IMG/VR virus record: IMGVR_UViG_3300005573_000058
Location: 74,662-138,661 of that record
Origin: a virus
Length of the DNA: 64,000 nucleotides
Reading direction: 5' to 3' (one strand)
In this document: positions 1-7,712 of the stretch, one piece after another
Numbering within the stretch: position 1 is the stretch's first letter
Layout: every line of letters starts with the position of its first letter
Position numbers and translations under genes: made by a program
Notes under the pieces: generated by a model
Seen by the model: only the letters and a program-made list of their open reading frames with translations
What the model was told of the DNA's origin: nothing
The model's database searches: none

Positions 1-103
1 TTTCCTTCCCAGTATTCAAGAATACTGGGAAGCTCTGAAAAGGAACTCCAGATACATTCTAACTGATTTACAAAGAGATGGATTAGATAGAAGAAAGGAG
101 GTA

Positions 104-322
104 GTGGAGAAAATTTACAGGAGAGCTGTAAAGAAATGGATAAATCTCTTTACAGATCCGAATCTTGATATGACTTCAGACGAGGATTTTATAATCTTCT
201 TAAAGATGCTAGTTGACTGTCTGAAACCATACAGCAAATATGTTGGCGAGCGAAAAGATCGCCAATACATTAAAAAGATCTTGACGAAGATAATAGAAGA
301 ATACTACGAAGAAAATAAATAA
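104..322 (+). CDS. hypothetical protein
   Basis: AAGGAGG RBS before GTG 104; the frame is also open back to the window start; followed by a hairpin at 321-344. Confidence 0.7.
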   Translation: MEKIYRRAVKKWINLFTDPNLDMTSDEDFIIFLKMLVDCLKPYSKYVGERKDRQYIKKILTKIIEEYYEENK

Positions 323-344
323 GAAGCCCCTTTCGGGGCTTCTT
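321..344 (+). terminator. intrinsic terminator-like hairpin
   Basis: aagaagcccc-tttc-ggggcttctt immediately after the stop codon. Confidence 0.65.
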
Positions 345-349
345 ATTCC

Positions 350-477
350 GCCCCCCGCCACAGCCTACTCACAGTAGCCGGCGGGGGGCTGTTCATATTA
401 CAGATGTAACAGAAGTATGAACAGAAGTACCATCATTGTTCATACTCCTGTTGCATCAATAAAAGGTCTTCAAAAAA
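350..477 (+). repeat. structured intergenic cassette, unit 1
   Basis: GC stem gccccccgcc/ggcggggggc with a 20-nt loop containing TCACAGTAGC; long hairpin 403-457; ggtcttcaaaaaa tail. Confidence 0.85.
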
Positions 478-535
478 GATAAGAACAAGAAAGGTTCCAC
501 TCCTTCTGTTCTTATCTGTAAAATAGGAGGCATAT

Positions 536-691
536 ATGAAAAATAAAGACTAAAAAAGAAAAGAAAAACTTGAAAGAATAAAAGAACTAAGAAGATACAA
601 TGGCAAAATACCTGCTGAGAAGATTTTCATAAAAAGAAGTACCAAGCATGACAATGACTGGAAATATGAAACATATGAAACTGATGAATAA
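536..691 (+). pseudogene. small basic protein with a premature TAA at codon 6; paralog of 8955..9170
   Basis: GGAGG RBS and ATG; reads MKNKD*KRKEKLERIKEL...KIPAEKIFIKRSTKHDNDWKY, compared with RIPSVKIMHRSKRHENDWKY in 8955..9170; terminator follows. Confidence 0.7.
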
Positions 692-717
692 AAAGAAACC
701 TTTATGGTTTCTTTTTT
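691..717 (+). terminator. intrinsic terminator
   Basis: aaaagaaacc-tttat-ggtttctttttt. Confidence 0.7.
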
Positions 718-725
718 ACTGCAGC

Positions 726-924
726 AGCCCCCCGCCTCAGCCTACTCACAGTAGCCGGCGGGGGGCTTGTTCTTATTACAGATGTAACAGGTGTATAGAC
801 AGAAGATCTTATATCATCTGTTTATACACCTGTTATATCTGTTGATGGGTTTTTAAAAAATAATAAAGAGCAGTTGCATGGTGCAACTGCTCTAAACTGC
901 AGCTATATGCTGCAAGAAAGGAGG
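726..924 (+). repeat. structured intergenic cassette, unit 2
   Basis: GC stem-loop 726-767 with TCACAGTAGC loop; long hairpin 778-842; ggtttttaaaaaa 848-860; hairpins 867-893 and 898-914; RBS. Confidence 0.9.
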
Positions 925-929
925 ATGTT

Positions 930-1394
930 ATGATAGTATTCATAGGAAAAAGCTACAAATTAGATAACGGAGACTTACTGATATCATCGTATGGCAAGTA
1001 TGAGCCAGACATGCTGATACTAGTTCCAAAAAACCATGTGCAAATTTCAAAGATAGTCGACGAAGAAAGATACTACGTTGACATAGAAGTAAAAGAAAAC
1101 GAAAATATAAAATTTAGTGCGAACTGTGTAAAGATCGTCCCAGGAACATTTGGAAAGACGAAAAAAGGAGCTGATATTTTTAAGATTGATATAAATGGTC
1201 CTCATCTACTTATAGAAGTCCAATGGGGCGGAAGCTTCAGGACGACCGATGGCAGGTTAGAATCTCCCATAGACGAAACGAAGATAATAAAGAAGATCAG
1301 GAAAAGTTCGCATGGAGGTGGATTAGGAAATACGTATTATATATTCGACAGGAAGTACTATGAGAGTTATACACCAAATATAGATGATTTTTGA
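930..1394 (+). CDS. hypothetical protein
   Basis: 154-aa ORF with AAGGAGG RBS. Confidence 0.85.
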   Translation: MIVFIGKSYKLDNGDLLISSYGKYEPDMLILVPKNHVQISKIVDEERYYVDIEVKENENIKFSANCVKIVPGTFGKTKKGADIFKIDINGPHLLIEVQWGGSFRTTDGRLESPIDETKIIKKIRKSSHGGGLGNTYYIFDRKYYESYTPNIDDF

Positions 1395-1401
1395 TATATC
1401 C

Positions 1402-1532
1402 ACCCCGCCGCATCAGCCATTCATAGTAGCAGGCGGCGGGGTTTGCTCTTTAAAAGTGCAACAGATGTATATATAGAAGATCTTATATCTGTTTATACAT
1501 CTGTTGCATTTGTTGATCGGTTTTTTAAAAAA
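1402..1532 (+). repeat. structured intergenic cassette, unit 3
   Basis: stem accccgccgc/gcggcggggt with TCATAGTAGC loop; long hairpin 1454-1511; ggttttttaaaaaa. Confidence 0.9.
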
Positions 1533-1549
1533 TAAAAAAGGAGGTATAT

Positions 1550-1723
1550 ATGAAACATGTTACAAAAGTTGTATTGTTTGTAGCTTTTGGTGCAATTGTT
1601 GTAGCCTTGTTCTGCAGCAAATGGTTATTGAAAGGCCTTGTATGGACTAACAGAAAGTTAAATCAATTGATAAATAAAAACAAGGCCTACACCAAAAGTT
1701 ATAAAAATAATAATCAGCCTTAG
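1550..1723 (+). CDS. small membrane protein (57 aa, absent from the ORF track)
   Basis: AAGGAGG RBS; MKHVTKVVLFVAFGAIVVALFCSKWLLKGLVW... has a hydrophobic N-terminus. Confidence 0.75.
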   Translation: MKHVTKVVLFVAFGAIVVALFCSKWLLKGLVWTNRKLNQLINKNKAYTKSYKNNNQP

Positions 1724-1730
1724 CAACAAC

Positions 1731-1899
1731 GCCCGCCGCCATAGAGTTTCACAGTAGCAGGCGGCGGGCTGTTACTGAGCATTAAAAAGGCTGATTGCTA
1801 CAGTTATGTAGCTGTTTGTGTATCGGTTTTTAAAAAATAAAGAGCAGTAACATGGTGTTACTGCTCTAAACCTGCAGCTATATGCTGCAAAAAAGGAGG
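1731..1899 (+). repeat. structured intergenic cassette, unit 4
   Basis: stem gcccgccgcc/ggcggcgggc with TCACAGTAGC loop; ggtttttaaaaaa; hairpins 1841-1867 and 1873-1889 shared with unit 2. Confidence 0.85.
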
Positions 1900-1903
1900 T
1901 TGT

Positions 1904-2335
1904 ATGAATTTTAATTTTAATTTTAACAAGTTATTTAAGAAATTTACTGGATCGAAAGCTACAAGAATAAAATTCGATCCAGAGAAAGTTGTTGTTTCTG
2001 TAAATGAAGTTAATGCAGATAAGAAGACTGTTGCTACAATAATAGAGGTAGCAACTGAAACGTACAAGCAATTTCCAGCAAAGGATGTTGTAACAAAGAA
2101 AACCGGTGATCTATATATATCCAGCCAGAATCCAAAAGGAAAAAGCTCATATGCTGATCTTGTTAGCAGAAATGTAATAGGTGCATATAGATTAGGATGG
2201 ATATATGCGAAAGATGGTAAAAATATAATCTGGAAGGCAAAGTACTTCCTTCGCGCAAATCGGAAGGAAGGTAATTTCCAACTCGAGATCTATCAACCGA
2301 ATTCTATGATAAAAGGTATCGACGACAGGAAGTGA
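1904..2335 (+). CDS. hypothetical protein
   Basis: 143-aa ORF with AAGGAGG RBS. Confidence 0.85.
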   Translation: MNFNFNFNKLFKKFTGSKATRIKFDPEKVVVSVNEVNADKKTVATIIEVATETYKQFPAKDVVTKKTGDLYISSQNPKGKSSYADLVSRNVIGAYRLGWIYAKDGKNIIWKAKYFLRANRKEGNFQLEIYQPNSMIKGIDDRK

Positions 2336-2339
2336 GCAT

Positions 2340-2372
2340 AAGAGCCCCACAGTAGTGGGGCTCTCTTTTTTT
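2340..2372 (+). terminator. intrinsic terminator
   Basis: agagccccac-agta-gtggggctct followed by a U-tract. Confidence 0.8.
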
Positions 2373-2417
2373 AGAACAGAAGAATAAAAGAACAGAAAAA
2401 CAGAAATAGAACAGAAG

Positions 2418-2527
2418 TGAAACCCCACAAAAGCAGTTAAAATTGAACATTTTTCAACTTCTTTCACCACTCATCCCCACTTAACTGCTCTATTTTTAAC
2501 TTTTTCTACTGCTTTTGTGGGGTTTCA
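2418..2527. repeat. 20-bp perfect inverted repeat enclosing a 70-nt pyrimidine-rich spacer
   Basis: tgaaaccccacaaaagcagt (2418-2437) and actgcttttgtggggtttca (2508-2527). Confidence 0.9.
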
Positions 2528-2552
2528 AAAAATCAAAAAATTAAAAAATTAT

Positions 2553-2627
2553 GGCCTCGTCGTCTAAATGGTTTAGGACTCCAGCTTTTCAAGCTGGAAA
2601 TGGTGGGTTCAAGTCCCCCCGAGGCTA
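2553..2627 (+). tRNA. trnE: tRNA-Glu(TTC), CCA not encoded
   Basis: acceptor ggcctcg/cgaggct; D-arm gtcgtctaaatggtttaggac; anticodon stem ccagc-ttTTCaa-gctgg; T-loop ggttcaagtcc. Confidence 0.93.
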
Positions 2628-2649
2628 TAATAAAAGAAAAGGAGGTAAT

Positions 2650-2841
2650 ATGTTAATAGAAAAAAAGAAGTTTTTTATATATTTGACAAAAAATCAAATA
2701 GGAGCCGGCACAAACAACGGCTCCATAAGCATGCACTGGTATAGAAAATGGATAGGAATAAGAACATATAAAGGCATAGATACAGAGGAAATAAATTTAG
2801 GTTATATATGGATAGTTATAGCAAAAATAAAGGAGGAATAG
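2650..2841 (+). CDS. hypothetical protein (true start 2650; the track start overlaps the tRNA)
   Basis: GGAGGT RBS before ATG 2650. Confidence 0.75.
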   Translation: MLIEKKKFFIYLTKNQIGAGTNNGSISMHWYRKWIGIRTYKGIDTEEINLGYIWIVIAKIKEE

Positions 2842-3042
2842 ATGAAGAAAATGAAAAAAGTAATGAAAGGTATAATTTATACAACGATAGACATAGCCAT
2901 GATAGTAAGCTTCAATGTTATGTGCATAGCAATATTGAATAGCTTACATGTAAATAAGTCATGGCTAGTTATACCTTTCATAGGTTCAATAGCTGCCATA
3001 GAAGGCAGCTTAGAACAGAACATAAAAGATAGCCTCTCATAA
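2842..3042 (+). CDS. small membrane protein
   Basis: AGGAGG RBS; two hydrophobic segments; followed by terminator hairpin agatagcctctc/gagaggttatct and a U-tract. Confidence 0.75.
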   Translation: MKKMKKVMKGIIYTTIDIAMIVSFNVMCIAILNSLHVNKSWLVIPFIGSIAAIEGSLEQNIKDSLS

Positions 3043-3194
3043 GAGAGGTTATCTTTTTTCTTTAGCGTTTTTCGGTTGTTTATAGCTATTTCGCTATAGC
3101 AAGTAGCGAAGTAGCTATAGCAAGAAGAACATGCGAAAGAGGATACAGAAAAAAATTTTAGCTAGAGATACGAACTGAAGATCTAATAGATGAA

Positions 3195-3489
3195 GGCGGA
3201 GGTGGAATATTTACACGTCAATGTCTAGAATATATACAAGAAAATGAGAATGAGACACCTGATAGAATCATCGTATTCTCAGATAGCCAAGACTGCGGAC
3301 TGGCCAGACAAAAGAATCCCAAAGCCATTCGGAATTAGAAATTATATCATCGATGTTGCAGCACATACTCACGGAATTAATTACAAAGGGGTATGGACAG
3401 CAGAAATCAGCGGATGGAGCGAAAGATTCCTAGACTATATATTTGCTTTCGAAGGTATAGAAGTAGGTCAAGAAGAAGAAACAGAATAG
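3195..3489 (+). pseudogene. 5'-truncated, frameshifted C-terminal (vWA) fragment of a TROVE/Ro60-like protein
   Basis: GGGGIFTRQCLEYIQENENETPDRIIVFSDSQDC, then an extra G at 3297, then DWPDKRIPKPFG..NYIIDVA..GINYKGVWTAEISGWSERFLDYI; resembles the DRIIVxxD...GWSE C-terminus of bacterial/phage TROVE proteins (recognised from memory). Confidence 0.65.
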
Positions 3490-3495
3490 TAAAAA

Positions 3496-3526
3496 AGAGG
3501 CTGTCCAGTGTATTGGACAGCCTCTT
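3496..3526. terminator. hairpin, possibly a bidirectional terminator
   Basis: aagaggctgtcca-gtgtat-tggacagcctctt with an A-tract before it. Confidence 0.65.
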
Positions 3527-3589
3527 ACTGCTCATACAACTGATATAAAAGAGATATATGAACTATGATGTTACTCTATTAATTGTTTT

Positions 3590-3800
3590 CTTATATATAT
3601 ACTACTACTATATATATATTATTATTAATATATATATATAGTAGTAGTAATAGGTATAAAATTTTTATAAGCTGTTGAAAATCAATCATCGTTATGTGGA
3701 AAAAATGTGGAAAAGATGTGGATAAAATGTGGATAAAAATTTTTATCAACAGGTTTTCCACAGGTTTTCCACATAGTTATCCACAGGTTTTCCACATAAG
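3590..3800. promoter_or_regulatory. oriC-like element: AT-rich palindrome plus a cluster of DnaA-box-like 9-mers
   Basis: TGTGGAAAA 3695 and 3706; TGTGGATAA 3717 and 3728; TTATCAACA 3743; TTTTCCACA 3754, 3765 and 3788; TTATCCACA 3777; TGTTGAAAA 3673; palindromic tactactactatatatatat/atatatatatagtagtagta at ~3600-3649. Confidence 0.8.
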
Positions 3801-3891
3801 TTGTATGAACAGACAGAAGTATAATTTTACTGATTACTATCTGATATAAAAGGCGGGGCGTCGTAAGACGACGTCACCGCCGCCATAAAAA

Positions 3892-3965
3892 AACAGTTAA
3901 TAGAACAATGTCGCTGTAGTAACAGTTGTTAGAACGACACTGCTATAGTAACAGTTGTTAGAGCA
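3892..3965. repeat. ~29-bp tandem repeat x2.5; reverse orientation of the core of the 28-bp repeats
   Basis: AACAGTTRWTAGARC recurs three times. Confidence 0.7.
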
Positions 3966-4314
3966 AACATAGAATAAAATAAAGTAACAGTTACTGCTAC
4001 AGCTATAGCAGTATTAAGCAACTGCCACTGTTACAGTTATAATTTTATTAGCGTCTTGTGACATTTTATTAGAAATGTCAAAAAAATAAGAACAGTTGTT
4101 ATAGCAACAAATGATATGGTAATATCAAGATCTAATCTATCAGCAATTGCTGATAGATTAACATAGAACCAATCAAAAAGTACTCAGAAAGGGGAAGACG
4201 TGTAAAACTGCTTACTTCTGTAAGAATAAAAGTTAAGTTTAGACATAATAAACATGTTAGATATCAGTTACTTGCAACAAGTTATTAAACTGATACTTCA
4301 ACGTCAATTGATTT

Positions 4315-4413
4315 CAATTGCAACTGCCACTGTTCATATAACTGCTACAATTGCAACTGCCATTGTTCATATATCTGCTACAATTGCAACTGCCATTGTT
4401 CACCTATCTGCTA
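4315..4413. repeat. 33-bp tandem repeat x3
   Basis: caattgcaactgccaYtgttcaNNtaWctgcta at 4315, 4348 and 4381. Confidence 0.95.
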
Positions 4414-4814
4414 CAAGTGAATATAAGATATAGAATATCTAGATATCTGTCTATCCGCTCGATAGCGGATAGACAGCTGAAGAACGACTATAGGCGTTTT
4501 GCTCACTTCAAGTGAGATAATAATGTAAGTTTAGATATAAGAATATATAGCTATAGAATAGCAAATAGAGCAAATTGCTACTGCCAAGAGTAAAGTAGCA
4601 ATTTGCGCAGTTATGAAAAAAACTGCGAAAATAAAGTTAAGTTAAGTTATATATATATTAAGATGTCATCAGCAACAAGAACATTGCAATGCTAAATAAT
4701 ATAAATAAATAAAATAAAAGTCATAATGATGTAATTAATGTAATAATGTAACTGTTATTGCTACAGTAACTGTCATAAAGAATAGTAAAACAAAAGAAAA
4801 AAAATAATAATAAA

Positions 4815-4965
4815 TGCTACTGCCGTAGTATCTGTTATAAAGAGCAACTGTTATGCTGTAATATCTATTATAAAAGGCGACTGCCACTGTAGTAATATCT
4901 GCTATAAAAGGCGACTGCCACTGCTGTAATATCTGCTATAAAAGGCAGGCGTCATACTGCTGTAA
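4815..4965. repeat. 33-34-bp tandem repeat, about 4 copies
   Basis: tataaaaggcgactgccactg..gtaatatctgc at 4869 and 4903; partial copies at 4836 and 4937. Confidence 0.85.
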
Positions 4966-4999
4966 AACATAATAAATATTGTCAGTAGGAGGTAAAAAT

Positions 5000-5215
5000 A
5001 TGATATTATATCAGCTGTTTGTTAATTTGAACTTGTATTCTATCTGTAGTAAATGTGTATTTACTGGGTGTGCATTATATGAAAACAACTGTTTTAGGAA
5101 TAAATCAAAGTTAAATAACGTTAGTATACGTTTATATCAGGAATATTATAACATTGTACGTGTAAAAACGATGGATGAATATATAGCAGTAGATGGTACA
5201 TCGCAACTTATTTGA
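5000..5215 (+). CDS. small Cys-rich protein (family member 1)
   Basis: AGGAGG RBS; MILYQLFVNLNLYSICSKC..C..C. Confidence 0.65.
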   Translation: MILYQLFVNLNLYSICSKCVFTGCALYENNCFRNKSKLNNVSIRLYQEYYNIVRVKTMDEYIAVDGTSQLI

Positions 5216-5368
5216 TATTTTAGCTGTAACTATGATAAAAGATAGCAAATGTCCGTTGTAACAGTAGTAAGAGCGGCTTGTGGCAGTTGTAAGAGCAGCT
5301 TATAGCTACTGTATGTAGCTGTAACTATTATAAAAGCAGTTTACAACAGCAGCACGAGCAGCCAGTTG

Positions 5369-5564
5369 TTGCTCATATAACTGCTACAAGGAGAAATTGT
5401 TCTAATAACTGTTACAAAGAGATATTGTTCATATAACTGTTACAAAGAGATACTGTTCTTATAACTGCTGTATAGATACATTGCTCTTATAATTGCTACA
5501 AAGAGATATTGCTCTAATAACTGCTACAAAGAAATACTGTTCATATAACTGCTGTATAGATATC
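5369..5564. repeat. 28-bp tandem repeat x7 (iteron-like)
   Basis: near-identical to ttgttcatataactgttacaaagagata, with units at 5369, 5397, 5425, 5453, 5481, 5509 and 5537. Confidence 0.95.
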
Positions 5565-5621
5565 GTTTTATGATTTTTGTTCAAACTGTCAAAAAAAATT
5601 GATATAAAAGGCAGGTGTAAT

Positions 5622-5804
5622 ATGAAAATAAATGTAGAATTGTTAAATATTCAAATGAAACTATTTTGTCAGCATTGTTACTATGATATTACATCTAGAT
5701 GTTATCAATATGAAAGAATAGATGGTAAGATAAATTTAATATGTACATTATTAAATATTGTAGAACATAGTATTAGTAAATTGTCTAAAATACAGGAGGT
5801 ATAA
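5622..5804 (+). CDS. small Cys-rich protein (family member 2)
   Basis: MKINVELLNIQMKLFCQHC...C...ICTLL. Confidence 0.65.
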   Translation: MKINVELLNIQMKLFCQHCYYDITSRCYQYERIDGKINLICTLLNIVEHSISKLSKIQEV

Positions 5805-5805
5805 T

Positions 5806-5994
5806 ATGAGAGTACAAGTTCAGATTTGTTTTTATGATATAAACATAGATGGTACAAACTGCTACTTTAGAGAATGTAAGTATATGTATGATGATTCTTG
5901 TAAACTGAAATTGAATAGAAAAATGAAAAGTTTTCAATATCTATGTGATATATTATATCAGTTTAAGAGGATTATGTTAGAAATAGTGAGGTAA
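5806..5994 (+). CDS. small Cys-rich protein (family member 3)
   Basis: AGGAGG RBS; MRVQVQICFYDINIDGTNCYFREC...C...YLCDIL. Confidence 0.75.
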   Translation: MRVQVQICFYDINIDGTNCYFRECKYMYDDSCKLKLNRKMKSFQYLCDILYQFKRIMLEIVR

Positions 5995-5996
5995 AT

Positions 5997-6284
5997 GTGA
6001 AGATATCTGTTCAATATTGTTATTATGATTTAAATATAAGTTCATCTCATTGGTGTAGAAACTGTAGATATTCATATACGTTGTCTTCGAAAGTAAATCA
6101 TGATATATCAGAAATTTGTCGTTGTAGTATAAATGTAAAGCGTGAGCGATTAGATGATATAAGTATATATAACAGGTATAACACTTTGAAATATTATATT
6201 TACTTTTTATATAGCTATTTATGTTCTACATTGTTGTTAAGTAGAAAAGAGCTGATAAAGATAGTTGAAGAGATAACTGTATAA
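5997..6284 (+). CDS. small Cys-rich protein (family member 4)
   Basis: GAGG RBS and GTG; MKISVQYCYYDLNISSSHWCRNC...C...YLCSTL. Confidence 0.75.
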   Translation: MKISVQYCYYDLNISSSHWCRNCRYSYTLSSKVNHDISEICRCSINVKRERLDDISIYNRYNTLKYYIYFLYSYLCSTLLLSRKELIKIVEEITV

Positions 6285-6311
6285 AACTGTTGTATAAAGA
6301 GGAGGAAAGAT

Positions 6312-6548
6312 ATGTTGATTAGATTACAACTTCTGTTTATTGATGTAAATGTAGACATAAGAGAAGTAACAGCTTATTGTAATCGTTGTGTAACTGATAA
6401 ATCTGTATGTGCATTACTGTTAAAAAGTCATTATAAGACTGTATTTCACTACGATAAAACGACTATTGAATATAATAGTTGTACTGTATGTAGTATATTA
6501 TTTGATACTAGTAAGAGTTTGTTATTTAGTTTAACAGCTGATAAATAA
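6312..6548 (+). CDS. small Cys-rich protein (family member 5)
   Basis: GGAGG RBS; MLIRLQLLFIDVNVD...CNRC...C...CTVCSIL. Confidence 0.75.
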   Translation: MLIRLQLLFIDVNVDIREVTAYCNRCVTDKSVCALLLKSHYKTVFHYDKTTIEYNSCTVCSILFDTSKSLLFSLTADK

Positions 6549-6583
6549 GTGAGGTTTACGCATATCAACCTCCTTCTGTTGTA

Positions 6584-6664
6584 GATAGGTAGCATATGTA
6601 TCAGTTTTATCTGCTTTCCTCCTATAGGTAAATAAAGTTGATTCAAGTACATATGCTACCTATC
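6584..6664. repeat. long intergenic hairpin (17-bp perfect outer stem)
   Basis: gataggtagcatatgta / tacatatgctacctatc with an inner G-U stem. Confidence 0.85.
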
Positions 6665-6697
6665 GTTATTTATAAATAGTTAAAGAAAGGAGGAACA

Positions 6698-7189
6698 ATG
6701 AAAGATCAATTTGTTAAAGTTGTAAAGATTGGCTCGAAAAGGACGCCAGGTGGTAGATGGTATTATGTATATTGTAAAATAATTCTTTACAAAAAAGAAG
6801 ACAAGATCATGTTAAGTATATCAGGAGTAGAAGGACCGCTGAGTTCAGGTAATGCTCTAGGTAGTACAGGTCAGATAAATCCTGTTCAAGTAGAAAGATA
6901 TGCTGAAGAATGGAACGAAGATATGTTGCGAAGATTCAATGAGATATGGTCAGAATATCATCTTAATGATATGCATTTAGGAACAATTGTTCAAGAAAGA
7001 ATATTAGAACAGTTTAATTGTACAAGTCTTGGCGATCCAAGAGTTAAACAAATTCTGAAAGAGTTCAATGTATTAGAACATTGTGGATCAGTATATGGCA
7101 CTGAATTTAAGACAAGAAAGATATCTGAAGAAATAATCAGATTCTTGTATAATCTACCGACAGCAAATAAGATGCCAGCGTGGGTATAA
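6698..7189 (+). CDS. phage hypothetical protein
   Basis: RBS; WSEYHLNDMHLG...YG motif reminiscent of other phage hypotheticals. Confidence 0.85.
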   Translation: MKDQFVKVVKIGSKRTPGGRWYYVYCKIILYKKEDKIMLSISGVEGPLSSGNALGSTGQINPVQVERYAEEWNEDMLRRFNEIWSEYHLNDMHLGTIVQERILEQFNCTSLGDPRVKQILKEFNVLEHCGSVYGTEFKTRKISEEIIRFLYNLPTANKMPAWV

Positions 7190-7366
7190 AAATGTTCTGC
7201 TTGCCTCATCTAACTTCTTGTGCTTCTGTAGTTTTAGCTGTTCTGTTTGATGGTTTTTAAAAAATGTTTTTAAAAATTTTAAAATGGGAGGTTAATCAGA
7301 ATAGCTAAAGAGATTGGGTATATTAATTAAAAAATAAGAAAAAAAATAAAAAAAAAGGAGGTAAAT

Positions 7367-7630
7367 ATGGTCAGTTTAGCACAAAGGAAGGTATTGGCCA
7401 AGAAAGGGTTAGTGTTAGATGTTGATAACCTCAAATGGCCAATACAAGATATTACAAGAGCAAAGGCCGCAAAAGTATACTCAGCCAAGTTATATAAGCA
7501 GCATATGATAAGTAAGGCTGAGTATGCCAAGATTCAGCATGCCGCCAATGCTGCAATAAAAATTTATAAAAGCGGCGGCAGCCAAGCAGATGTTGCTAGA
7601 TATATCGACCGTTATAATTTATATGTTTAA
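7367..7630 (+). CDS. small basic protein (DUF6582-like, tentative)
   Basis: RBS; R..L...KWPIQD..RAKAA pattern. Confidence 0.7.
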   Translation: MVSLAQRKVLAKKGLVLDVDNLKWPIQDITRAKAAKVYSAKLYKQHMISKAEYAKIQHAANAAIKIYKSGGSQADVARYIDRYNLYV

Positions 7631-7712
7631 TAAATAATGAATAAGGCAGGTAGCTAATGTTGAAATAGAGCGGAAAGCCACCTGCCTTGTTCTGTTAAAA
7701 AGGGAGGTTGTA

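Noticed and set aside
551-553. stop-codon reassignment
   Set aside because: TAA, TAG and TGA all end well-supported genes, and long genes are intact in the standard code.
648-845. 65-aa ORF in the track
   Set aside because: It runs through a terminator and cassette unit 2 and has no RBS; the real frame is 536..691.
2551-2649. N-terminal extension of ORF 2551..2841
   Set aside because: It overlaps tRNA-Glu; the RBS indicates a start at 2650.
3061-3143. Y RNA (YrlA) next to the TROVE remnant
   Set aside because: It forms a hairpin, but I could not find the tRNA-like T-arm/D-arm module; an Rfam search is needed.
5369-5564. possible CRISPR array
   Set aside because: The units are head-to-tail degenerate tandem repeats with no unique spacers, and there is no cas operon.
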